Shown: positions 52,840 through 63,203, counted from the stretch's first letter. The stretch: 64,000 bases of DNA from an uncultured Clostridia bacterium (GCA_937915455.1 CALDNN010000196.1:8945-72944); one strand, 5' to 3'. Notes: generated from the sequence alone by a model not told the origin. Made by a program: numbers and translations.

Positions 52840-53568
52840 ATGTCAACAAAGGTTTGGGCCCATCGCGGGGCCAGCGCCTACGCGCCGGAAAACACCATAC
52901 CCGCCTTCCGCCTGGCCATGGAGCAGGGCGCGGATGGCATTGAGTTGGACGCGCAGCTTTCTAGCGACGGCAAGCTGGTGGTGATCCACGACGAATGGGT
53001 GGATCGTACCAGCAACGGCAAAGGCCGGGTTGTGGATATGACCTGCCAGGCGCTTAAAAAGCTGGATTTCTCCGCTGGCATGCAGGATTATGCCTTTACC
53101 CGCATCCCCACGCTCAAAGAGGTCTATGGCCTGCTAAGGGGCAGCGGCCTCACCGTGAATGTGGAGATCAAATACGGCGAGGTGGAATATCCCGGCATTT
53201 GGGATAAGCTGATCCAGCTCGAGCGGGAGATGGGCATGCAGGGCAGGGTGACGTATTCCTCCTTTAACCATTATGTGCTAAAAAAGATCCGCGAGCTGGA
53301 TCCTGATGCTGAGATCGGTCTGCTGTACAGCGGCGTTCTGGTAGACCCCTGGGTCTATGCCGGCTACCTTAAGGCGGATGCCATCCACCCGCATTATAAA
53401 GCCGTTCTGGGCAGCCCCGGTCTTTTAGAGGGCTGCCGGGACGCCGGCGTGGCCGTGAACGCCTGGACTGTGAACGACCCGGACGCGGCCCAGCTGCTGG
53501 CCTCTTCCAATGTGAATGCAATCATCACCAACTGCCCCGATGTCGCCCTGCGCGCCATCGGGCGCTGA
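52840..53568 (+). CDS. Glycerophosphodiester phosphodiesterase
   Basis: Contains HRGASAYAPENT, ELDAQLSSDGKLVVIHD and a C-terminal WTVND. Confidence 0.9.
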   Translation: MSTKVWAHRGASAYAPENTIPAFRLAMEQGADGIELDAQLSSDGKLVVIHDEWVDRTSNGKGRVVDMTCQALKKLDFSAGMQDYAFTRIPTLKEVYGLLRGSGLTVNVEIKYGEVEYPGIWDKLIQLEREMGMQGRVTYSSFNHYVLKKIRELDPDAEIGLLYSGVLVDPWVYAGYLKADAIHPHYKAVLGSPGLLEGCRDAGVAVNAWTVNDPDAAQLLASSNVNAIITNCPDVALRAIGR

Positions 53569-53583
53569 AAATAAAGGGAGCTT

Positions 53584-55608
53584 ATGGATAAAGGACGGGA
53601 GGAACTGAGCCTGCCAAGCTACATGCAGGTCAAGGGCGCGAATCAATCGTCCTCGGCTTTGCGTGCGCGAAAACGAGCGCAACCAGTCGGCAAAGCGCTC
53701 GCCCGGCAGGCCGCCCCCGAACAGATCACCCTGGATGAATTTGCAGCCTCCGCTTCCCCCAAGCATAAGGCTAACCGGCCCGGCGCAACCCGCCAGAGTG
53801 CTTCCCAGGCCAAGCGGGCAAGGCCCGCAAGCCGGATCAGCCAAAGCGCCTCCGCGAACGCATTGGCCCGCATGTCCCCAAAGACCGCGCAGGGCGAGCT
53901 GCGTAGCGGCCCCGCGCCGGTGAAAATGGGCGGGCAAAAGAGCGCCTCCTCCCGGCGGGCTGCAGGGAATGCGATCCGCAGCGCAAATGCCGCAACAGCC
54001 AAACGGCCGGCGCGGGCGCGGCGTGCCGCAAGCGGCCTCGATATGACCTCCTCCCGCATCGCCAACCAGCCCCGGCGGGTAGAGGAGAAACAGCAGCGCA
54101 AAAAAGGCGCGGGCATCCACATCGGCAGGCTGCTGCTGGTGCTGCTGGTGCTCTCGGGCCTCTTCGCCGGCATTTACGCCCTGGCAAAGAGCCTTCCCAG
54201 CGCGGCCGGGGCGGCGGGGGATAGCATAGACGTGGGCGCCACGGCCAAGCTGCCCAAGGGCGTAAGCATATTGGGCATAGACGTTGGCGGGCAAACCAAA
54301 TCCGCCGCGCGCGGCGCCGTGCTCGAGGCTGCGGAGACAGCCCTTGCAAAGGCCCAGGTAACGCTCAAGCTGGGGGAGGAAAGCTACGTCATCAAGGGCA
54401 GCGACATGGCCCTAAGCTACGATATCGAAGCTGTGCTCGATAAGGCCCTGGCCTACGACCCCGATGAAGCGGATAAGGCCGGGGTGGTGGATGTGACCGG
54501 CGGCGCTTCTGCAGCGCCCGGCGAATTCAACAATATTTTCACCTGCGATGCGGCGGCTCTTCGGCAAGCTGTGGAGGAGATCGCGGCCCAGTTCGATATA
54601 GAGCCGGTCAACGCCATCGGCAAGCCGGCCATGAACGCGGATCATACCGTTTCCTTCGAGTATCAGGAGGGTAAAACGGGCCGGGCGCTGGATGTGGATG
54701 CCACCGTGCAAAAGATCGAAGATATGCTGGCCAGGGGCATTTACACAGCCCAGATCGAGGGCGTATACGGCAGTGTGGAGCCGGCCGTGACCGGGGCTAT
54801 GCTGACCCAGGAGATGGGTATGCGCGGCAGCTTTACCACCAAATACGCCACCATCGGCAGGGTCAGCGCGGATACCCCCACCATTGAGAACCGGGTGTTC
54901 AACATCCATAAGGCCGCGGATATCATCAACGGCTGCCTGGTGGCCCCGGATGAGGAATGGAGCTTCAATACCTTTGTCGGCCCGCGCACCCTGGCAACGG
55001 GCTGGAAGGAGGCCAAGGGCATTGCCGATGGCAAGGAGTACACCATGCAGGCCGGCGGCGGCATCTGCCAAGTCTCTACCACCCTTTACAACGCCCTGCG
55101 CCAATCCAAGGTCACCGTAACGGATCGGCGCGCCCACAGCATTCCTTCGGATTATGTGGATCATGGCTTGGACGCTACCGTGGATTATGCTATGGATCTC
55201 GACTTGAAATTCATAAACGACACCGGCGCGCCCCTTTACCTTTTCGCCTATTTTGAGGACGACCCGAATGGCCGCCATATGGAATACATCACCTTCATCA
55301 TCTACGGCAAGCCGCTGGAAAACGGCGTAAGCTACAAAATGCGCAGCGTGATCGCCGACCAAAAGCAGCGTACGGATGTGAAATACACACAGGATGAAAC
55401 CATTCCCCGGGGTTACAAGGTGGTGACCATCGAATCCCGGCCCAGCTATATGGCCGAGGTCTACCTCGATAAATACGTGGGCGAGGGCCTGGTGGACAGC
55501 GAGTATCTTTATACCGATAAGTATGCCGGCAACGCCGAGGAGGCCAAGCTTGGTACAGGCAGCCCAAAATATCACGCGGTGCCCGATGGTGCGGTAGCGG
55601 TGGATTGA
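53584..55608 (+). CDS. VanW-domain protein with basic disordered N-terminus and one TM helix
   Basis: 674 aa. A ~175-aa Ala/Arg/Ser-rich region, TM helix LLLVLLVLSGLFAGIYAL, and the VanW core GGGICQVSTTLYNA. Confidence 0.85.
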   Translation: MDKGREELSLPSYMQVKGANQSSSALRARKRAQPVGKALARQAAPEQITLDEFAASASPKHKANRPGATRQSASQAKRARPASRISQSASANALARMSPKTAQGELRSGPAPVKMGGQKSASSRRAAGNAIRSANAATAKRPARARRAASGLDMTSSRIANQPRRVEEKQQRKKGAGIHIGRLLLVLLVLSGLFAGIYALAKSLPSAAGAAGDSIDVGATAKLPKGVSILGIDVGGQTKSAARGAVLEAAETALAKAQVTLKLGEESYVIKGSDMALSYDIEAVLDKALAYDPDEADKAGVVDVTGGASAAPGEFNNIFTCDAAALRQAVEEIAAQFDIEPVNAIGKPAMNADHTVSFEYQEGKTGRALDVDATVQKIEDMLARGIYTAQIEGVYGSVEPAVTGAMLTQEMGMRGSFTTKYATIGRVSADTPTIENRVFNIHKAADIINGCLVAPDEEWSFNTFVGPRTLATGWKEAKGIADGKEYTMQAGGGICQVSTTLYNALRQSKVTVTDRRAHSIPSDYVDHGLDATVDYAMDLDLKFINDTGAPLYLFAYFEDDPNGRHMEYITFIIYGKPLENGVSYKMRSVIADQKQRTDVKYTQDETIPRGYKVVTIESRPSYMAEVYLDKYVGEGLVDSEYLYTDKYAGNAEEAKLGTGSPKYHAVPDGAVAVD

Positions 55609-55811
55609 GCGATAATCAGTGAACAAGCAAAAGCCCGACGCATGACAACATGCGCCGGGCTTTGTACTATGCGGGTGACAGGTACGTGAGATGGCAAGTA
55701 GGGGCCGCCGAGGGTGGCGTCCCCTGTATCAGAGGGAACCTTAGGCCTGTCTCCAAAACCAAAGGGCGGCCCGAAAGCCACCCTTTTTATCATTCCGAAC
55801 GCCCAGGCCCT

Positions 55812-57065
55812 TTACATATCCTCAAACGCCTCCAGCTTTCCCTTAGGCGCGGGTTTATTATCGCCGTGGCGCGTGAGGGACATGGTCACAAAGGAGAGGG
55901 CCACGCAGAAGGCTGCGTAGGGGAAGAGGGTGTAGTAGCCTACATGCTCAAGCAGCGCGCCGCTGAGGGTGGGGGTGACGATCTGCGCTGCCATGGAGAA
56001 GGTGTAATAATAGCCTGTGTATTTGCCCACGGAGCCCAGCTTGCTGATCTCCACCACCATGGGGTAGCTGTTGACGTTGATGGCGGCCCAGGCAAAGCCG
56101 ACCAAGGCGAAGATGACATACAGGGTGGTGCTGAAATTGGTGGCGATGATGCCGCCTGCGGCGAAGCAGGCTGCCAGTATGACCGCGCCGATGAGGATGG
56201 TCTTTTTGCGGCCGATGTGGCTGGCGATAAAGCCGATGGGTATATAGGAAATCACGGCTCCGGCCGTGGCAATGAGCAGGCAGGTACTGGCCTGGCCTAC
56301 CCCATGGCCCCAAACCACCTCCGCGTATTTGGTGAAAGCCGTGGTCACGGCGTTATAGCCCATGAACCAGAAGGCCACGGAGGCCAGGATCAAATACAGG
56401 CTGCGGCGCACAGGGGGGGCGAGGGAAGCATCCACGGCCGTTTCTTGCCCTTCATCGGGCTCAGCCATCGCCTTCTTGATGGCGCCCTCGCGGATGGTGA
56501 GCCGCAGGAGAAATACGCATAGTACCATAATGGCGGCCACGGCGATGAAGAGGGGCAGATAATTGGGAAGGCCCCCATCCGGTTGTTTGACCAGCACCTT
56601 GATGGCAAGGAGGGCATACACACCGCCTAGGGCCCCCATCAGGTTAATCACGGCATTGGCCTTGGAACGGAGGGGCTTGGGCGTAAGATCCGGCATCAGG
56701 GCCACCGCCGGGGAACGGTAGGTGCTCATGGCGACTAGCAGCAGGCCCAGGGCAATCATGAAGGGGATCAACAGGCCTGGCCGGTCGAACATCGGCAGGC
56801 TGATGCAAAGGACAACCGCCAGCGCCGTGCCGCCGATGACAAAGGGCATGCGGCGGCCGGCCTTATCGCTCAAAGCGCCGAAGAGGGGCAGCATGAAGAG
56901 GGCCAGGATATTATCGAGGGACATGATAAAACCGGAAACGGTATCCCCCAATTCAAAGGTATTTTTGAGGATGAGGGGGATGATGCTGTCGTACATCTGC
57001 CAAAAGGCGCAGATCGAGAAAAAAGCAAGCCCCAAAAGAATGGTTCGTTTGTAGTTGAGCTGCAT
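55812..57065 (-). CDS. MFS transporter (GPH/SLC45-like), substrate unknown
   Basis: 417 aa with 12 predicted TM segments. Loop 2-3 motif GALSDKAGRRMP. Confidence 0.8.
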   Translation of the reverse strand: MQLNYKRTILLGLAFFSICAFWQMYDSIIPLILKNTFELGDTVSGFIMSLDNILALFMLPLFGALSDKAGRRMPFVIGGTALAVVLCISLPMFDRPGLLIPFMIALGLLLVAMSTYRSPAVALMPDLTPKPLRSKANAVINLMGALGGVYALLAIKVLVKQPDGGLPNYLPLFIAVAAIMVLCVFLLRLTIREGAIKKAMAEPDEGQETAVDASLAPPVRRSLYLILASVAFWFMGYNAVTTAFTKYAEVVWGHGVGQASTCLLIATAGAVISYIPIGFIASHIGRKKTILIGAVILAACFAAGGIIATNFSTTLYVIFALVGFAWAAINVNSYPMVVEISKLGSVGKYTGYYYTFSMAAQIVTPTLSGALLEHVGYYTLFPYAAFCVALSFVTMSLTRHGDNKPAPKGKLEAFEDM

Positions 57066-57164
57066 AGTCGTCCTCCGGCGGATATGATATAATAAAGTAT
57101 AGACAATAATCGCTGCTTTTCTCAGTATAGCGTCAAATTATAACCAATGCAAGGAGGCTTTCTT

Positions 57165-58151
57165 ATGTCTCGCATATTGCTCATGGCCACCGGCGGCACC
57201 ATTGCCAGCATACCCTCACCCGATGGGCTGGTGCCCGGCCTTTGTGCGCAGGAACTGCTTTCCTGCCTGCCCGTGCTGCCCTGCCCAGTAGATTGCATCG
57301 ACGTGTTCAATATGGATAGCTCCAACATCCAGCCCGAGGAATGGCAGATCATGGCCAAATCCGTTCTGCTCAACATGGGCGATTACGATGGTGTGGTCAT
57401 CACCCACGGCACGGATACCATGGCCTATACGGCCTCCATGCTCACCTTCCTTTTGCAAAACCTACCGCTGCCCGTGGTGCTCACGGGCTCGCAGTGGCCT
57501 ATGGTGCGGCCGGATAGCGATGGCCGGGCCAACCTGGCCCATTCCCTGTTGGCTGCCCAGCGCCTGCCCGGCGGGGTCTACATCTGCTTTGGCAGCGCGG
57601 TGATGCGCGGCTGCCGCGCCGTGAAGACCCGCACCACCTCCCTCAACGCCTTTGAATCCATCAACGCGCCCTATGTGGGTACGGTGGTGGACGGCCGCTT
57701 CATCGACCTGACACTGGTTGAGGCGGAGGAAGAAGGGCGGCATTTCGAGTATTATTCGGATATCGAGCCCAATGTGGCCCTCGTCAAGCTGATCCCGGGA
57801 ACCACGGCCCAGCAGCTTTCCATCCTTTCCTCCTGCGGTGTGAAGGGCGTGGTGGTGGAGGCATTCGGCCTGGGCGGCGTTTCAAATTTCCGCAGAGACC
57901 ATGCCGAGGCCCTACGGGGGCTGATGGATTTGGGTATCCCCGTGGTGCTCACCTCCCAATGCCTCTATGAGGCCAGCACGCCGGATGTTTACGAGGTCAG
58001 CCGCCCCCTACGCGAGGCGGGCGTCATTTCTGCGGGGGATATGACCACCGAGGCTGCCGTGACCAAGCTCATGTGGGCCCTGGCCCAAGCCAAGGATATG
58101 GTATCCCTACGCACGCTGATGCGCAAGAATATCTGCGGAGAAATTATATAG
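57165..58151 (+). CDS. ansA: L-asparaginase, type I (cytosolic)
   Basis: Start lies 8 nt after AGGAGG. Contains MATGGTIAS and HGTDTMAYTA. Confidence 0.9.
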   Translation: MSRILLMATGGTIASIPSPDGLVPGLCAQELLSCLPVLPCPVDCIDVFNMDSSNIQPEEWQIMAKSVLLNMGDYDGVVITHGTDTMAYTASMLTFLLQNLPLPVVLTGSQWPMVRPDSDGRANLAHSLLAAQRLPGGVYICFGSAVMRGCRAVKTRTTSLNAFESINAPYVGTVVDGRFIDLTLVEAEEEGRHFEYYSDIEPNVALVKLIPGTTAQQLSILSSCGVKGVVVEAFGLGGVSNFRRDHAEALRGLMDLGIPVVLTSQCLYEASTPDVYEVSRPLREAGVISAGDMTTEAAVTKLMWALAQAKDMVSLRTLMRKNICGEII

Positions 58152-58166
58152 CAAATCAGATTCGCC

Positions 58167-58571
58167 CTAAAAAAGATTATAAATGCTCAATGTCTCCGTA
58201 TCGTCCCAATAATCCACGATGCGCAGCACAATTTGTAGCTCGGTCAGCAGATTGCCGCTCTCGTCGATCATAGTGAGATCCCGGGCAGCATGAAGGGCTG
58301 TGCGGAGCTCGTCTACCTCCTCATGGTTCAAAAAAAGCTTGAGGGGCTGTTCGGCTTGCGCAAAATCCGCGCACATGCGAGCGATGGCTTCGTCCGCAGC
58401 CGTGAGGTCATCCTGCAAAACGGCGTATTCCGCTTCCCAGGCGGCTGTGCGCAGCTTTTCCGTTACACCGGTGAGGAAGTGGCGGGGCACGGTCAGAAGA
58501 AAAAGAATTAACAAGATCGCCAGCGCGGTGATGATGGAATTGGCCAGGGGGAAGCCGGTGCGCCTGGTCAT
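58167..58571 (-). CDS. DUF4363-family protein
   Basis: From ORF 58167..58652. The internal Met28 gives an ATGA overlap with the upstream DUF421 gene. One TM helix followed by a helical domain. Confidence 0.65.
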   Translation of the reverse strand: MTRRTGFPLANSIITALAILLILFLLTVPRHFLTGVTEKLRTAAWEAEYAVLQDDLTAADEAIARMCADFAQAEQPLKLFLNHEEVDELRTALHAARDLTMIDESGNLLTELQIVLRIVDYWDDTETLSIYNLF

Positions 58572-59284
58572 GCCGCGCCGCCCCGGATATCCACAAAGCG
58601 CACAAGTCCGCCGTATTTTTGCTTGCTCTGTAGATGCAACGTATCCCCGCAAAGAAAGGCGAAGAGCACCTGCTCTACGCCGGAAACGCCTGCCCGCTTA
58701 AGCTGGCCCTCCAGCCAGGGCAGACTAAAGCCGGATTGACGCAGGGCTTCCTTGTGCACTTTACCATCCTGGATCAAGAGGAAAGGGGGCGCAGTCTCGG
58801 GCGGGGGCAGGGAGAGCGCTTCATAGGTAGGCGCTTGCTTGGGGCCCTTGGGAAGAATGGAAAGGTCGCCGTTGGTTTCCAAAATGGCGTAATCCACCTC
58901 CGCCAGATCGAAGATATCCTTAGCGCGCACCTGTTCCATCAGATCATTGAGGGTATAACGCGCATCTTTGAGGGCCTGCTCGTTGACCACGCCGCGGTTC
59001 ACCAGCAACAGCGGCCTGCCACAGAGCAGATGACGGAAGCCCGATGATTTGAGGGAAAGGAGGGAGACCGCTTGGTGGGCCAGGAACAGCGCCAGGATGG
59101 GCACCACGCCGTAAAGCAGGGGGATGCCCATATTGGCCGCGGGTTCGCTGGCTAGCTCAGCTAAAAGCAGGGTGATGATTAGGTCGAAGGGCTGCAAATC
59201 ACTAAGCTGGCGCTTGCCCGTCATACGAATGGCCACAAACACAAGCAAATATAAGATGATAGCGCGCACAAACAGGATGACCAT
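58568..59284 (-). CDS. DUF421 (YetF-like) membrane protein
   Basis: From ORF 58568..59350. Likely start MVILFVRAIILYLL. Contains RMTGKRQLSDLQPFDLIITLLLAELAS. Confidence 0.75.
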   Translation of the reverse strand: MVILFVRAIILYLLVFVAIRMTGKRQLSDLQPFDLIITLLLAELASEPAANMGIPLLYGVVPILALFLAHQAVSLLSLKSSGFRHLLCGRPLLLVNRGVVNEQALKDARYTLNDLMEQVRAKDIFDLAEVDYAILETNGDLSILPKGPKQAPTYEALSLPPPETAPPFLLIQDGKVHKEALRQSGFSLPWLEGQLKRAGVSGVEQVLFAFLCGDTLHLQSKQKYGGLVRFVDIRGGAA

Positions 59285-59354
59285 AGCCCTAGTTTGCGCA
59301 AAAGAAAAGGGCCGATGCGGCCCAAAGATTGGCAGGGGGCGGGCTGTCACGACT

Positions 59355-59651
59355 TCAGAAGCCCCATAGCCTGGAATTTCCCCCGGGGCTCTCCTGCGGG
59401 TGATATTCCTTGGAGCAATTTAATATGTCCGCCTGCGTTCTCTTTGGCAGCTTGCCAAGCGCATAGGAATATGCGTGCCCGATCATCGCCCTTATGGCGG
59501 GTTCGTCTACCCGGCCATCCACGAAGACGGTATTGCCGTAGGATTGCTGCCTGGGCGGATAGTGATAGGGCCTTAATACGAGGCCCGGATACTGCTGCCT
59601 AAAGAAATCACCGTAGGCGGGTTTACAGCGCAAGGTTATCATGGGGATCAT
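59355..59651 (-). CDS. MmcQ/YjbR-family protein, apparently N-terminally shortened
   Basis: ITLRCKPAYGDFFRQQYPGLVLRPYHY...VFVDGRVDEPAIRAMIGHAYSYALGKLPK matches the C-terminal two thirds of the family. Only ~20 codons are available before the trmO stop. Confidence 0.45.
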   Translation of the reverse strand: MIPMITLRCKPAYGDFFRQQYPGLVLRPYHYPPRQQSYGNTVFVDGRVDEPAIRAMIGHAYSYALGKLPKRTQADILNCSKEYHPQESPGGNSRLWGF

Positions 59652-59715
59652 GGCCTCGCGGGAAATTCGGTCACGGGCGCGGCCAATCCGCGCCCGTAAA
59701 ATGTGTATGGTAAAA

Positions 59716-60192
59716 TCAGAAGTTGAACACGCTTGCCCAATTGAAATCGCCGGAATCCTCGCAGCAGGGCGGCCAGTCCGCGCACCAGTCTGGCACGGCG
59801 GGGCTGGCGACTCGATCGAGGCTGGGGGTATAGGGCTTGATATCCAAAAGCGGGCTGCCATCGTCTGCATCGATATAGGCCAGGCCCACGATGGCGTTCT
59901 GCAGGTCAAGATAGGTCACCTGGGCGCAGGAGAGGGCGATCGGGTTGGGTCGCTCCGGGGAACGCGTAGCAAATGTACCCAGCACGGCGGGCGCATGCTT
60001 ATAGGGGGCGTGCTCGGTCAACCGGCTTCTTGCGCGGCTATTATCGCATCTCGAAAACCACCAGAGGATATTGAGATGGCTGAAGCCCTCCAAGCCGGTG
60101 AGCGCGGCCGTATATCGTGGATCCAGCTCCAGGCGCATACCGTCTTCGTCGGCCCGGATCAGGCCGATCTTTTTAATTTTATATTCTTCCAT
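59716..60192 (-). CDS. trmO: tRNA (t6A37) methyltransferase TrmO/TsaA (YaeB family)
   Basis: 158 aa. Contains IGLIRADEDG, GFSHLNILWWF, GTFATRSPERPNPI and DGSPLLDIKPY. Confidence 0.85.
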   Translation of the reverse strand: MEEYKIKKIGLIRADEDGMRLELDPRYTAALTGLEGFSHLNILWWFSRCDNSRARSRLTEHAPYKHAPAVLGTFATRSPERPNPIALSCAQVTYLDLQNAIVGLAYIDADDGSPLLDIKPYTPSLDRVASPAVPDWCADWPPCCEDSGDFNWASVFNF

Positions 60193-60567
60193 AAACGATC
60201 TCCTTGTTTTGATCTATTTACGGCGCCGTAATTTCAGTTTAGCAGAAGTTTGCTACACTTCAACCCTTTTTTTCAAACATGATCGGCTTTTTTCAGCGCA
60301 TGTCTCCGTCGACTTTTCAAGGCGTATTTTTGCATTGCAAAGCGCACCTGCAGGTTTTCTTTTCCGCCTATGCAGCGGCTTCGCGCACATGGCGATGAAC
60401 CTGCGTGGCCGCCACGCTTTTGTGGAGAACGAAGCCCGGCAGTCTGCCGTCTCGCCCTGCGCGCTCTTTACCAGCGGCCAGGAACATGCTAAAATGCTAT
60501 ATCCGTAGTTGGAGGGATGTAATAAGGCAGCAACGCAAAGCTGCCGCTGTGATATGAGGTGTATTGT

Positions 60568-61095
60568 ATGAAAAAATGCTTGATCGTGGTGGATTATCAA
60601 AACGACTTTGTATCCGGCGCGCTGGGCTTCCCCGGGGCGGTAGCGCTGGAGCAGGCCATCGCAGAGAAGATACGGCAATATCGCGAAAATGGCGATGAGG
60701 TGATGTTCACCTTCGATACCCATGAGGCGGATTACCCGGATACCCAGGAGGGCCGCAACCTGCCCGTGGCCCATTGCCTTCGGGGCACGCCCGGCCACGC
60801 ACTATATGGCCAAATGGCGGCGCTGATCCAGGAGGGGGACAAGCAGTTCCACAAGCCTGCCTTCGGCTCGGACGAGCTATATGAATACCTGAAAGTAACG
60901 CCCTTTGCTTCCATCGAGCTGGCGGGCGTGGTCTCCAACATCTGCGTTATCTCCAACGCCGTGCTGGCTAAGACCGCCCAGCCGGAAACGCCCATATTGG
61001 TAGACGCGCGCTGCACGGCCAGCAACGACGCCGGCCTAAACGAAGCCGCGCTCCGAGTGATGGCTGGTTTACAGGTGCGGATCATCAACGGCTAA
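60568..61095 (+). CDS. Isochorismatase-family cysteine hydrolase (nicotinamidase/PncA-like)
   Basis: Starts MKKCLIVVDYQNDF. Has the nucleophile context GVVSNICV. GAGGTG RBS. Confidence 0.8.
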   Translation: MKKCLIVVDYQNDFVSGALGFPGAVALEQAIAEKIRQYRENGDEVMFTFDTHEADYPDTQEGRNLPVAHCLRGTPGHALYGQMAALIQEGDKQFHKPAFGSDELYEYLKVTPFASIELAGVVSNICVISNAVLAKTAQPETPILVDARCTASNDAGLNEAALRVMAGLQVRIING

Positions 61096-61098
61096 AGC

Positions 61099-61605
61099 TT
61101 ATTCCTTGATCAGCGCATACATCTTCATATCCAGCAGCGCGCCGTTCTTTTGCGCGTTACAGCGAAGTGTACCCTCATAAACAAAGCCGTTCTTTTCGAG
61201 GACGCGACAGGAAGCGACATTGTACGCGAAGGGCTCGGCAAAAATACGCAGAATATCCGTATGTTCAAACACATAGCGGCAGGTCTGTCCCACGGCGCTG
61301 GCGCCAAGGCCCCGGCCCCAAAAAGGCTCCCCAATATAGTAGCCCATCTCGGCTGTCCGGAAATGGATATTCGCCTGGCGGTAAACGCCGATGCTACCCA
61401 CCACCCGATTCTCCGCCACAATAGCAAAGGCCAAGGTCTCGTTGGGGTCTGCCGCCAGCATGGCGGTGATATATTCCCGCGCATCCGCTTCTGTGTAGGG
61501 ATAAGGTAAGCCGTCCCGCAGGTTATCCTGCACCTTTTTGTTGCTCAGCGTCTGTGCCAGCTCTGCCGCATCTTCCATTTTCCAGTGTCTGATCTCGCAT
61601 TCCAT
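61099..61605 (-). CDS. GNAT-family N-acetyltransferase (RimJ/RimL-like)
   Basis: From ORF 61099..61737. Likely start MECEIRHWKMEDA. Contains YYIGEPFWGRGLGA. Confidence 0.75.
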   Translation of the reverse strand: MECEIRHWKMEDAAELAQTLSNKKVQDNLRDGLPYPYTEADAREYITAMLAADPNETLAFAIVAENRVVGSIGVYRQANIHFRTAEMGYYIGEPFWGRGLGASAVGQTCRYVFEHTDILRIFAEPFAYNVASCRVLEKNGFVYEGTLRCNAQKNGALLDMKMYALIKE

Positions 61606-61637
61606 AACCGCTTCCTGCTTTCGTAAATATTCTCTGT

Positions 61638-62783
61638 TTACGCCCTGCGGCCGCCCATGAGCCGCGCCATCAGGGGGCGGCTCACGCGGATCACGCCCTT
61701 GGGGCAAAATTCCTGGCAGCAGAAGCAGCGTACGCATTCATCCCGCCGGATGCGCGCTCGCTTATTGATGATTTGGATCGCCTGGGCCGGGCAAACGCTT
61801 TTGCATTCCCCGCAGCCCACGCAAGCGGCGCTTTCGATCACGGGTCGGTTGGCGAACAGGCGGGTTAGTAGCTTGGCTGCGGTTTCGTTGGTAGATCCCC
61901 AAAGGCGGATATCATGCTGGGCTGCGTGCTGAAAATCCGCGATGGCGAAGTCCGCCAGCTCACCGAATACGTGCAGCTCGGAGGCCTCACCCGGGATCAG
62001 CCCGCGCGTATGGGCTGCGGCAAGGGTGGGGACATCCTGTGCGCCCAGTCCCATCAAATGGGCTGCCGCCAAATCGAGCGCGTGGGGGTTGCGGGCGGCC
62101 AGAAGCGCGTCCATCCGCCTGGGCGCTCCGCCCGAGGGGCCGTTTCCTTCCATGGCCACCACCCCATCGGCAATGCAGAGGCGGGGCTTGCACCATTCGC
62201 AGATATCCACCAGCATATCCGCAAAGGCTTCCTTTGTTTGGTATTGATAATGATATTCGGATTTGCGCATGCCCGGCACGGCCCCAAAGAAATTTTTGCA
62301 TGCGCCTGTAAAGGCCATGAGGCCATGGGTTTTGAGCTTGCATAGGTCGATGATAGCGTCCGCCTCGGCCAGGTAGCGCGTTACCTGAAAGGATTTGGCC
62401 GCCACGGCATCCGCGTTTTCGATATCCATATAGGTGAAATCATCGTTGAGGGAAGCGCCGGTCTTACGTACCTCGTTCATACCCGTAGATGCGTAAATGG
62501 CCCCAACATAAGCCGCGTTGAAGGGTCCGCCCGGGCTATCCCCCAGCACCACCTGCGCCTGCCGTTCCACCAGCAATTCACACAGGGCCACGGCCACCGC
62601 CGGGTGCACGGTGGCTGCCCGCTCCGGGCGTACGCGCGTCATCAAATTGGCTTTAACGGCGATCTTCATGCCTGGCTTCACCCAGTCCAGCCCGCCCAGG
62701 GGCGCAAGCGCCGCGGTGAGGGCTCCCTTTACCTGTGCCGGCTCGTAGCTCTCACAGCGCGCGATCGATACTTCCCGATCCAT
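61638..62783 (-). CDS. DUF362-domain protein with C-terminal 2x[4Fe-4S] ferredoxin domain
   Basis: Starts MDREVSIARCESYEP (DUF362). C-terminal CVGCGECKSVCP and CVRCFCCQEFCP. Confidence 0.75.
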   Translation of the reverse strand: MDREVSIARCESYEPAQVKGALTAALAPLGGLDWVKPGMKIAVKANLMTRVRPERAATVHPAVAVALCELLVERQAQVVLGDSPGGPFNAAYVGAIYASTGMNEVRKTGASLNDDFTYMDIENADAVAAKSFQVTRYLAEADAIIDLCKLKTHGLMAFTGACKNFFGAVPGMRKSEYHYQYQTKEAFADMLVDICEWCKPRLCIADGVVAMEGNGPSGGAPRRMDALLAARNPHALDLAAAHLMGLGAQDVPTLAAAHTRGLIPGEASELHVFGELADFAIADFQHAAQHDIRLWGSTNETAAKLLTRLFANRPVIESAACVGCGECKSVCPAQAIQIINKRARIRRDECVRCFCCQEFCPKGVIRVSRPLMARLMGGRRA

Positions 62784-63077
62784 TCCCATCCCTCGCAATG
62801 CTCCATTGTTAAAACGTATAACCCCAAAATAACACAGGGCCGCGCCAAATGCAATGCGTGCGTGCGGTCCTGTGAAATTGCGGCATAAAGATGCGCTTTA
62901 CGCCCGGTACATCCATGCGTGTTCCTTGATTTTTTGGAAGGTCTCCTCGCTCAGGTCATGCTCGATCTTGCAGGCGTCCGCAGCCGCCGTTTCCTCGATG
63001 ACCCCCAGCTGAATGAAGAAGTCGGTCCAAATAAGCGGCACCGGCGGTCTGCAAAAAAAGAGAGTACATCGCGGGTA

Positions 63078-63106
63078 TTGACAATTCCAAACCCGGCCAG
63101 TATAAT
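63078..63106 (+). promoter_or_regulatory. Consensus sigma-A promoter of tRNA-Leu
   Basis: TTGACA (63078..63083), 17 nt, TATAAT (63101..63106). The tRNA begins 15 nt later. Confidence 0.75.
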
Positions 63107-63120
63107 AATTCGTGCAGCTT

Positions 63121-63203
63121 GCGGTCGTGGCGGAACAGGCAGACGCGTACGTTTGAGGGGCGTATGGGAGACCGTATGGGTTCAAGTCCCATCGACCGCA
63201 CCA
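63121..63203 (+). tRNA. tRNA-Leu (anticodon GAG), CCA encoded
   Basis: Hand-folded cloverleaf. Acceptor stem GCGGTCG/CGACCGC. D-loop with GG. Anticodon stem TACGT/GCGTA with loop TTGAGGG. 11-nt extra arm. T-arm ATGGG-TTCAAGT-CCCAT. Discriminator A followed by CCA. Confidence 0.9.

Noticed and set aside
60240-60558. The 320-bp gap upstream of the isochorismatase/nicotinamidase gene, considered as an NAD-type riboswitch.
   Set aside because: Only a TGCTAAAAT -10 box and one short hairpin (GGCAGC/GCTGCC) are visible. The tandem nadA-motif features were not seen.
62898-63185. A 95-aa ORF on the minus strand overlapping tRNA-Leu and its promoter.
   Set aside because: Its only start lies inside the tRNA. 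The 5' two thirds are low-complexity antisense of the tRNA and promoter. The C-terminal ~45 codons (…DFFIQLGVIEETAAADACKIEHDLSEETFQKIKEHAWMYRA) have no start codon and may at most be a gene stub.
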